Assembly: GCA_049699855.1 (NCBI GenBank)
Contig: JBNAWM010000036.1
Location: 1-13,577 of the forward strand
Source of the DNA: Candidatus Cryosericum sp.
GTDB lineage: Bacteria; Caldisericota; Caldisericia; Cryosericales; Cryosericaceae
Length of the DNA: 13,577 nt
Reading direction: 5' to 3'
The notes beneath the pieces were generated by a model. That model was not told where the DNA came from. It was given only the letters and a program-made list of their open reading frames with translations, and ran no database searches. The translations under genes and the position numbers were made by a program. Positions 1-6,637 of this stretch are shown in pieces. The first letter of the stretch is position 1; every line of letters starts with the position of its first letter.

Positions 1-221
1 GGCATGGTGCGGCCCTCCTGGCGCAGCCGCCGGCAGACCTCCAGCCCGTCCATCCGGGGCAGGTTGAGGTCGAGGACAACCAGGGCATAATCCGACGTGA
101 GACCGGCGTGCAGTCCGGCTTCACCGTCAAAGGCAAGGTCGACGCTGTAGGATTCCGTCTCCAGGTACCGCTTGATATTCTGGGCGAAATCCCGCTGGTC
201 CTCAATAACGAGGATGTGCAT
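1..221 (-). CDS. OmpR/PhoB-family response regulator, N-terminal receiver domain (partial, continues off the left edge)
   Basis: Manual translation from ATG at 221: MHILVIEDQRDFAQNIKRYLETESYSVDLAFDGEAGLHAGLTSDYALVVLDLNLPRMDGLEVCRRLRQEGRTMP. Shows the receiver motifs ILVIED, LD(phosphoacceptor)LNLP and DGLEVCRRLR. GAGG SD lies 8 nt upstream. Not in the ORF track because it has no stop in the window. Confidence 0.93.
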   Translation of the reverse strand, partial: MHILVIEDQRDFAQNIKRYLETESYSVDLAFDGEAGLHAGLTSDYALVVLDLNLPRMDGLEVCRRLRQEGRTM

Positions 222-244
222 AAGGGTTTCCTCTCATGCCTCCT

Positions 245-276
245 ATTGTACCATCGGGACATAAGAACGGATTAAG
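245..276 (-). promoter_or_regulatory. Putative promoter (extended -10) with an OmpR-family direct-repeat box upstream of the response regulator
   Basis: Minus strand reads CTTAAT-CCGTT-CTTATG (276..260), then 9 nt ending in TGG, then TACAAT (250..245), giving TGnTACAAT. Confidence 0.55.
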
Positions 277-299
277 AGCATGGCACAATGAGCGATCGC

Positions 300-1169
300 T
301 CAGTGCGGCTTCAGCTTCGCGCAAAAGGCATTCAGGCTGTCCCGCCCGTCGATGCGCACGCGGCGCAGTTCGTAGGCATTGTCCGAAACGCGCGACCAGC
401 CCGGGAGTTCGGAAGTTGCTGCCCGGTAGCCCACGGCGGCGACCAGCTTGGCAACTTGGGCGTCATACTTGCCATAAGGGTAGCAGAAATAGTTGCATGC
501 CAGATGTGTCTGACGCTGAATGACCATTTTGGAGTATGAAAGCTCCGTCAGGACACGCTGGGTACTCAAGGTTGTCAGCTTCGCGTGATGTACTGTGTGC
601 GAGCCGACGGTGATGAGGCCCGTGTTCTCCATCTCCTGCACCATCGACCAGCTCAGGTATCCCTTGACGACACGCCCGACCTCGGCGCTGATGAGAAACA
701 GGATGGCCTTCTGGCCATTGCGCTTCAGGATGGGAAATGCGTTCTTGTAGACGCCGATGCGTCCATCGTCGAAGGTCAGGATGACCGGTTTGGCCGGGAG
801 CGTCTCCTGACCGGCGCGCGCCGCCATCCAATCGTCGAGCGTGACAGTCGTGAACCCATTGTCCTTGAGATATTGCATCTGCCGCGAAAACTCCTCCGGG
901 GTGACGAGCAACGACTGTTTGAGTCGGGACATTTCCGGAGTGTGTGGTGCCACTTCGTGATACATGAGGATGGGCACCTCGAGCCCGGGGATTACGTTCG
1001 CGGGCACACGCGCGGGCGCGGTAAAGACCGGAGTGGTCCGTGGCGGCTGCGATGCGTAGGGATAGGATTCTCTGTCGGCAGACGATGGCTCCTGGGCAGA
1101 GCGACAGCCAGTCATGGAAGCAACAGCAAGCATCAGCAACACTATCAGCAGGGCAACGTTTCGTTTCAT
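300..1169 (-). CDS. Polysaccharide deacetylase (CE4/NodB family, IcaB/PgaB-like), predicted lipoprotein
   Basis: Motifs VPILMYH, LTFDDG, GSHTVHH and FCYPYG. Start re-assigned to ATG 1169, which gives a signal peptide MKRNVALLIVLLMLAVASMTG-C with a lipobox-like Cys, followed by a Pro/Ser-rich linker. 289 aa. Confidence 0.9.
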   Translation of the reverse strand: MKRNVALLIVLLMLAVASMTGCRSAQEPSSADRESYPYASQPPRTTPVFTAPARVPANVIPGLEVPILMYHEVAPHTPEMSRLKQSLLVTPEEFSRQMQYLKDNGFTTVTLDDWMAARAGQETLPAKPVILTFDDGRIGVYKNAFPILKRNGQKAILFLISAEVGRVVKGYLSWSMVQEMENTGLITVGSHTVHHAKLTTLSTQRVLTELSYSKMVIQRQTHLACNYFCYPYGKYDAQVAKLVAAVGYRAATSELPGWSRVSDNAYELRRVRIDGRDSLNAFCAKLKPH

Positions 1170-1176
1170 GGTGCTC

Positions 1177-1204
1177 ACTGTAGCGCTGGGACAGAATTGT
1201 GCAA
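1177..1204 (-). promoter_or_regulatory. Putative sigma70-type promoter giving a leaderless deacetylase mRNA
   Basis: TTGCAC (1204..1199), 16 nt, TACAGT (1182..1177), 7 nt, ATG (1169). No SD between them. Confidence 0.45.
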
Positions 1205-1238
1205 CGGACCCGTTGTGAACTTCCTTCAAGCCCGGGCC

Positions 1239-2744
1239 CTATTGCGGCACGACGAGGCAGGTAACCAGCTGCCGCCCGGGCGTATAGAGAAAGGACCCTT
1301 TGTAGTACAGGGTCGTCGATCCCCCGCCGTCCAGCGAGATAACATCCGAAAAGAGTTTGAGCTGGGCCAAAGCTGCGCCAACATTGTCGCTCCTCAGGCT
1401 CATGGCTGTCGGGCTTGCAATGAAGTACAGATACCGTCCCCCTCCAATGGCCAGAAAAGACCTCGCTCCAGACTTGGTCATGCGGAAACTGTCGGCGTAA
1501 GCATCAGCTCCCATCACTGGCTGGCCGGCGTGAAGCACCACTGGTGCTGACTGTATAAAGAATCCACCTGCAAGGTCTCGGTCTCCAAGCATGATCTGGA
1601 GGCGAGCAGTTTCAGCAGTGCGCAGGGGCGCAATCGTATCCATCGTCCAGTGATTGGTTGACGCTTGATAGCCGTGAACTGCATATTGACCTGCCGACAT
1701 GAGTCTTGGTTGAAACGTTGCCCCGCTGACGCGCTGAATGACGTGCCCCCGGTCAACCACAATCAATTGTTCACTGCTGCCGACCCAGATGGCCTTTGGA
1801 TACCAGTTGGTGTAGACGGTGAAGCCGCCCCAGCTGGTGCTGTTGATGGAATACGTTGTCACCCACGTGGTTTGCCCCGCTCCTGTCAAAGTGAGACGGA
1901 CTTCCAAACGTCCCTCGGCATAGAATGGAGTCCCATGTTCATCGACCCCCAATGTCTCAGTGAAACCGCTTTTCACTTGTGGGAACACCCCATTGCCGCC
2001 CAGCGATCCTGTCATGACATGGGTCGTCGTGTCAAATGGAAGCGCATTGATCAATGCAAGCGGTTTGGATGCCACAAAGCTCGCATACGGGGTGCCGGTA
2101 TTCATCCCACCAGCAGACACAAGCGGGACAATCCGGATGCCCTTCCCCTTCAGGTCGATGCGGATAATCTCAAATGTATATTTCTTTCCGGCATAGGTGA
2201 CGCTTCGTGAAAGGTGCGTGACGGCATTTGGATCCGCGCGCCCCAAAACCACTGGAGGACTCGTCACGGGAACACCAGGAAGAGCCGCAGTGCAGGACCG
2301 GCCATCTGCTGACATTGTTACTGATGCTCCCATCAACCGGAGAAGGTCCACTGGACTCACGACAATACCGAGCACATTTTGCATCTGAGCACTCACGTCT
2401 GTGGACAAACCATCTACGCTGACCGTCTTGCTGCCAACCTTCACGGAAATCTTGTGGTTGCCCGAAGTGAGGGTGCAAGATTCGGATTTGACATCCAACG
2501 CGAAACTCCAGCTCAACAGCTTTGCAATCGACACCACTGGAAGAAGCAGCTGCTTTGACCCTCCATCAAAAACCGCCGGCACAGGCATGGTCAAGACCGT
2601 TGCCCCGTTGGAAACGACAGCTGTTTTGCCAGCACTGAACTGAACAATGCGCGCGGCCTCCTGAGCAAGACAGCGTGTACCAATGGTGGCCAGAAGGACC
2701 AACAACACAATGAGAGACACAACTGCCAGCGCTTTCCGTTTCAT
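1239..2744 (-). CDS. Secreted protein: copper-amine-oxidase N-terminal (stalk) domain + phosphodiester glycosidase (NAGPA-like) domain
   Basis: Signal peptide MKRKALAVVSLIVLLVLLA. Stalk-like segment (MPVPAVFD...LLLPVVSIAKLLSWSF...ISVKVGSKTVSVDG). C-terminal ARSFLAIG and SLDGGGSTTLYYKG...RQLVTCLVV, typical of NAGPA domains. GAGGAG SD upstream. 501 aa. Confidence 0.8.
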   Translation of the reverse strand: MKRKALAVVSLIVLLVLLATIGTRCLAQEAARIVQFSAGKTAVVSNGATVLTMPVPAVFDGGSKQLLLPVVSIAKLLSWSFALDVKSESCTLTSGNHKISVKVGSKTVSVDGLSTDVSAQMQNVLGIVVSPVDLLRLMGASVTMSADGRSCTAALPGVPVTSPPVVLGRADPNAVTHLSRSVTYAGKKYTFEIIRIDLKGKGIRIVPLVSAGGMNTGTPYASFVASKPLALINALPFDTTTHVMTGSLGGNGVFPQVKSGFTETLGVDEHGTPFYAEGRLEVRLTLTGAGQTTWVTTYSINSTSWGGFTVYTNWYPKAIWVGSSEQLIVVDRGHVIQRVSGATFQPRLMSAGQYAVHGYQASTNHWTMDTIAPLRTAETARLQIMLGDRDLAGGFFIQSAPVVLHAGQPVMGADAYADSFRMTKSGARSFLAIGGGRYLYFIASPTAMSLRSDNVGAALAQLKLFSDVISLDGGGSTTLYYKGSFLYTPGRQLVTCLVVPQ

Positions 2745-2804
2745 ATTCGCTCTCCTCGTTTCCGGGACCAGGGCGCAGCCTTGGCCCTGCCCTCCATCAG
2801 CAGT

Positions 2805-3158
2805 CTACCGCAATTTGGACTCGATATTCGATACCCCCTCTGCGATCCGGAACAGCACAATGAGTCCCTCGCACGTCAAGCGCCACACAAAATTGCCTAT
2901 CACCAGGATGGCCAATCCCTGCCAAAATCCACCGATGCCCCAGTAGGAATACGAGCGCGAGAACATGGCCCTGAGGCCAGCAACCGTAACGACAAGGGCC
3001 CCAAGGATGTAGAGGTACTTGATCAATGAAAACATCAGCAATTTGCGGAAGTTGATGAAATTGCTCCACCATTCCTCCTTGGGCGGCATCGGCGGTGGTC
3101 CTGCCTGATACGAACTCGGCCCTGACTGCTGATTGTGTTGTTCGTTTGTCTCGTCCAT
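2805..3158 (-). CDS. Small membrane protein, DUF4282-like
   Basis: Strong SD AAGGAGGAG before ATG 3158. Sequence has FINFRKLLMFSLIKYLYILG, two hydrophobic helices and WRLTCEGLIVLFRIAE, which resembles DUF4282. Gln/Pro-rich N-terminal tail. 117 aa. Confidence 0.7.
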   Translation of the reverse strand: MDETNEQHNQQSGPSSYQAGPPPMPPKEEWWSNFINFRKLLMFSLIKYLYILGALVVTVAGLRAMFSRSYSYWGIGGFWQGLAILVIGNFVWRLTCEGLIVLFRIAEGVSNIESKLR

Positions 3159-3284
3159 AACTCCTCCTTTGTGACGCACCTGCTAATGTCTAATCCTCTG
3201 CAGCGTGCTACCAGTTAGTTTGAAGATGAACGCAGAAAAAACAAGGGCTGCCTTCACGAGGTTCTTTGTGCGGTCATGCTTCTC

Positions 3285-4199
3285 CTACACCATCCCCGCC
3301 CTTGCGAAGGAGAAGTAGTCCTGGCGGGCACGGCCCACGATGATGTGATCCAGGACACGGACGCCGACGTACTTCAGGGCCTGGGTGATCTTGTTGGTGG
3401 TATCGATGTCTTCCTTGGAGGGGTCGCACTCTCCGCTGGGGTGGTTGTGGACAAGCACAACGCGGCTGGCATGGTGGATGCAGGCCTCGCGGACGATGTC
3501 GGCGGGGTCCACGACGCTGGCACTGATGCTGCCACGGCTGACCTCAACATCTTTGATGACTTTGTTGCGGATATCCAGCAGGACGACGTAGAAGAACTCC
3601 TTGCCGGCGTCGCGCAGTTGCGGCGTGAACCGGTCGCAGACGTAGTCGATGGCATCCTCGGCGCTGGTGACCCGCTTCATGGTGGAGGCGGGTCCCTGCT
3701 GGAGGCGCTTGCCAATCTCGAGTGCCGCCTTGAGTTCGACTGCCTTGGCAAGGCCTATGCCGCGCACCTCGCAGAGGTCCTCGACGCTGGCCTGGTCCAG
3801 CTGGCTCCAGCCGCCAAAGCGGTTGAAGACGTCGCGGCCCAGCTCTTCGGCGCTCTTGCCGTGGCTGCCCGTTCCAAAGAGGATGGCCAGAAGGCGCGCG
3901 TTGCTCATGCTGTCGGCCCCGCGCCTTGCCAGTTGTTCTCGGGGACGTTCCTCGACTGCCCAGTCCTTGATGGAGACGTAGGTGCGCTCGGCCTTGACGC
4001 GGGACCGGACCTCCTTGCGTATGGCATCGCACTCCTCTTTGCTGACCAGTGCCAGCTGCTCGACGATCGCCGGCGCCTCCTCTTCCTGCACCCGCCCGCC
4101 GTCTGCGTCACGAAACCAGACGCCTGTCTTCGACCACATGGGATATGCCGCCTTCTGGACGAGATATGCAAGAGCTTCGTCGCGTTTCGAGATCTCCAC
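3285..4199 (-). CDS. radC: RadC-like JAB-domain protein (UPF0758) with an N-terminal extension
   Basis: IKDW...ERPRE, LLAILFGTG, HhH motif VRGIGLAKA, JAB motif E...HNHPSG...PSKED and LDHIIVG. Start taken as GTG 4199 behind SD GGAGG (304 aa). The exact start is uncertain. Confidence 0.9.
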   Translation of the reverse strand: MEISKRDEALAYLVQKAAYPMWSKTGVWFRDADGGRVQEEEAPAIVEQLALVSKEECDAIRKEVRSRVKAERTYVSIKDWAVEERPREQLARRGADSMSNARLLAILFGTGSHGKSAEELGRDVFNRFGGWSQLDQASVEDLCEVRGIGLAKAVELKAALEIGKRLQQGPASTMKRVTSAEDAIDYVCDRFTPQLRDAGKEFFYVVLLDIRNKVIKDVEVSRGSISASVVDPADIVREACIHHASRVVLVHNHPSGECDPSKEDIDTTNKITQALKYVGVRVLDHIIVGRARQDYFSFARAGMV

Positions 4200-4326
4200 C
4201 CTGTCCTCCACTGTGCTGTTTTCGTGAGTCGCGCCCACGCCGCTACAAGGTAGCACCACCTCGAGAACACGCAATACCGACGGCCCGGTAACGATAGAGT
4301 CCAAGTGGCAGTGGAGAAGAAACTCC

Positions 4327-4355
4327 CATCCCCGACAGAAACACTCGGGGATGAC
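4327..4355. repeat. REP-like palindromic element / stable hairpin in the nitroreductase-radC intergenic region
   Basis: CATCCCCGA (4327-4335), 9-nt loop CAGAAACAC, TCGGGGATG (4345-4353): a perfect 9-bp stem. Minus strand reads GTCATCCCCGAGTGTTTCTGTCGGGGATG. Confidence 0.6.
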
Positions 4356-4400
4356 GTTCCTGCGCGGTAATGATTCATTCACCGGCTGTTCAACGACCTC

Positions 4401-4919
4401 TCAGGACGTGAACTTCTCCCAGCACACCAGATCGGTCAGCGGCTTGCGGGGACGGGGCCGGTGTGGATGCAGGGGATCAGGGTAGCCCAGTGCGAGGATG
4501 GCCACGACCGGATTTTGCGGTGGTATGTCCAGCAGCGCGCGCACCAGCCTGCCGTCGTAATTGCCCAGCCAGCAGGTCCCCAGCCCCATCGACGCAGCCT
4601 GCAGCGTCATGTGGTCAAGGGCAATCGCAATGTCGATGACGGCACCATCATACTGGTTGCCGATGTGATACCCCTCTCCGCCAATGCAGGCGACAATCAG
4701 CACCGGCGCCTGCTGGACAAACTGCTGATCGCCTATGGCGTGGACCATGGACCCAATCGTGGCCCGGTCACGGACCACCACCAGTTTCCACGGCTGATAG
4801 TTGTGTCCGGACGGAGCCAGTCTCGCGGCCTCCAACACCTCCGCCAGTTTCTCGTCCTCCACCGGCTGGTCGCTGTAGTGGCGGACACTGTAGCGCTTTG
4901 CTATCGCATCCAGTATCAT
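4401..4919 (-). CDS. Nitroreductase family protein (FMN-dependent)
   Basis: Motifs RYSVRHY, ARLAPSGHNYQPWKLVVV, D..IALDHMTLQAASMGLGTCW and LALGYP. SD AGGAGG precedes ATG 4919. 172 aa. Confidence 0.93.
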   Translation of the reverse strand: MILDAIAKRYSVRHYSDQPVEDEKLAEVLEAARLAPSGHNYQPWKLVVVRDRATIGSMVHAIGDQQFVQQAPVLIVACIGGEGYHIGNQYDGAVIDIAIALDHMTLQAASMGLGTCWLGNYDGRLVRALLDIPPQNPVVAILALGYPDPLHPHRPRPRKPLTDLVCWEKFTS

Positions 4920-5008
4920 CGTTCCTCCTGATTCATCGTGCCATCGCGCCCTGTTCCGGTGCTGGCCAATTTCATCATATCGGTCCGCCACAGGATGCAA
5001 GAGGTCTC

Positions 5009-5036
5009 TTCCCATTCTCCACACATCTGCTAAAAT
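5009..5036 (+). promoter_or_regulatory. Putative extended -10 promoter for the flavoprotein pair
   Basis: TTCCCA (5009-5014), 16 nt, TAAAAT (5031-5036) preceded by TGC. Lies in the divergent intergenic region. Confidence 0.4.
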
Positions 5037-5071
5037 GCCTTTTCAGAACCTCAAACGTGCGGAGGCAGAAA

Positions 5072-6637
5072 ATGGAGCAGTACGACGCCATCATCATCGG
5101 GGCAGGCATTGCAGGATTGACCTCTGCTGCGTATCTCGCGCAGGCGGGCGTTCATGTCCTCGTGTGTGAGCACTCGGACCAGCCCGGTGGGTACTTCAAC
5201 TCGTTCCGCAGAGATGGCTATCTCTTCGATGGAGGCATCAAGGCGATCGAGAATGCCGGTATCATGCGTCCGACACTTGCCCAGCTGGGTCTGCTGGATG
5301 CGGTGCGCCTCATGCCAAGCCCGATTGCCCTCATCACGCAGTCCAATGTGCAGCCCATCAGGAGTCCCGCGGACATCGACGCCTACTTCGGACTGATGAT
5401 GGACCTCTTTCCAGACCAGCGCAGTGGGCTTGTCCGCGTGCTGGCGGATGTCCAGAGCATCACGACGGCACTGACTGCGCTGGTCCGGCTGTCCAGTGCC
5501 TCGTTTGCGGCCACTCCCGAAGAAGCGCGCCACATGACGGGCGGGTTTCGCCAGAATATGGGCGCGCTTGCACGCGTCCCCAGCGTCATGGCGCTCTCGC
5601 GTGGAACGCTTCGCGGCTACCTGGAGAAGCATCTGTCCGATCCACATCTCGTCAACCTTCTCTGCGACGTGTTTCCAGACGGCACGACGCCACTGTTTGG
5701 CCTCGCATACTACAGCCTTTTCCTTGACTACTACTATCCCGAAGGCGGCATGCAGGCAGTCCCCGATGCCCTTGCCCACTACATCCGCGACAAGGGTGGA
5801 GACATCCTGCTGAACGCAGATGTCCAGCAGATCACGATGGCATCCGGGTCTGCGACCGGCGTTGTCCTGGCCGATGGCAGGGCCTTCAGAGCGGGACACG
5901 TCATCGCGTGCGGCGACGCGAGGCGTACTTTCACTCGGCTTCTCCCTGAGGGGTCACTTCCTGAACGGTTCTTGGCTCCGATGCTGCGGGCACAGCCGTC
6001 GCACTCCGTCTTCACCGTCTTTCTCGGCGTCAACGTTCCGGCTGATCAACTGGGCCTCAAAGGATGCCCTCACGTCTTCTATGCACCGGACCTTGCGGGT
6101 ATCGAAGGCACCGATCGCCTCCAGACCGATGACTACTTCAGCCGGGTCCCGCAGGAGATCTCCGTGCCCAGTCTGCTTCAGCCCGACCTGGCTCCTCCCG
6201 GCAAGAGCGGCATCATCCTGTCTGCGCTGACAACATGGCACTATGCAGATCACTGGGGAACGGTGGACGGGCAGGCAACGGCGCGCACCGAGGAACTGCG
6301 CAACAAGTTTGCAGGCCAGATGGTGTCCAGCCTTGCCAGGTTGATCCCGGCCCTCGAGGATCATGTCGAACTCAGGTTCACCAGCACGCCCTATTCGATG
6401 CAGGCCCGCACGCTGAACGACAAGGGAGCCATCGTGGGCTGGAGCTACGAGCAGCATGCCACCTGGTCCCGGGGAGGCCTGCTCAGTATCGCAAAGAGCG
6501 TCCGGACACCAGTTCCCAACCTGCTGATGGCGGGCCATTGGGCATTTTCTCCGGGTGGGTCGCCGGTCGCAGTCCTGACGGGAAAGCTGGCGGCCAGCAG
6601 CATTCTGAAATCAAGGGGAGGGGCAGAGCGCACATGA
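5072..6637 (+). CDS. Phytoene desaturase/carotenoid isomerase/retinol saturase-family FAD oxidoreductase
   Basis: SD GGAGG, ATG 5072. Motifs YDAIIIGAGIAGL, E..DQPGG...F.RDGYLFDGG, YYPEGGMQAVPDAL and C-terminal TPVPNLLMAGHWAFSPGGSP. 521 aa. Confidence 0.9.
   Translation: MEQYDAIIIGAGIAGLTSAAYLAQAGVHVLVCEHSDQPGGYFNSFRRDGYLFDGGIKAIENAGIMRPTLAQLGLLDAVRLMPSPIALITQSNVQPIRSPADIDAYFGLMMDLFPDQRSGLVRVLADVQSITTALTALVRLSSASFAATPEEARHMTGGFRQNMGALARVPSVMALSRGTLRGYLEKHLSDPHLVNLLCDVFPDGTTPLFGLAYYSLFLDYYYPEGGMQAVPDALAHYIRDKGGDILLNADVQQITMASGSATGVVLADGRAFRAGHVIACGDARRTFTRLLPEGSLPERFLAPMLRAQPSHSVFTVFLGVNVPADQLGLKGCPHVFYAPDLAGIEGTDRLQTDDYFSRVPQEISVPSLLQPDLAPPGKSGIILSALTTWHYADHWGTVDGQATARTEELRNKFAGQMVSSLARLIPALEDHVELRFTSTPYSMQARTLNDKGAIVGWSYEQHATWSRGGLLSIAKSVRTPVPNLLMAGHWAFSPGGSPVAVLTGKLAASSILKSRGGAERT

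Noticed and set aside
3236..3254. Possible intrinsic terminator after radC (AAGG-CAGC-CCTT then G-TTTTTT on the minus strand)
   Set aside because: The stem is only 4 bp, too weak to call.
4200..4382. Further upstream extension of the RadC ORF to 4382
   Set aside because: It runs through a palindromic element and a putative promoter, and a good SD supports the start at 4199.
4200..4400. SOS/LexA-type operator upstream of radC (also looked for before sbcD)
   Set aside because: No convincing CTGT-N8-ACAG or GAAC-N4-GTTC match was found by eye.
4898..5071. Upstream extensions of the nitroreductase (to 5024) and the first flavoprotein (from 4898)
   Set aside because: They would overlap each other head to head. 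Both genes have clear SD + ATG starts at 4919 and 5072.
6235..6633. 133-aa N-terminal extension of the 923-aa ORF
   Set aside because: It overlaps the upstream gene in another frame. The ATGA-coupled start at 6634 precedes the Rossmann motif at the normal distance.
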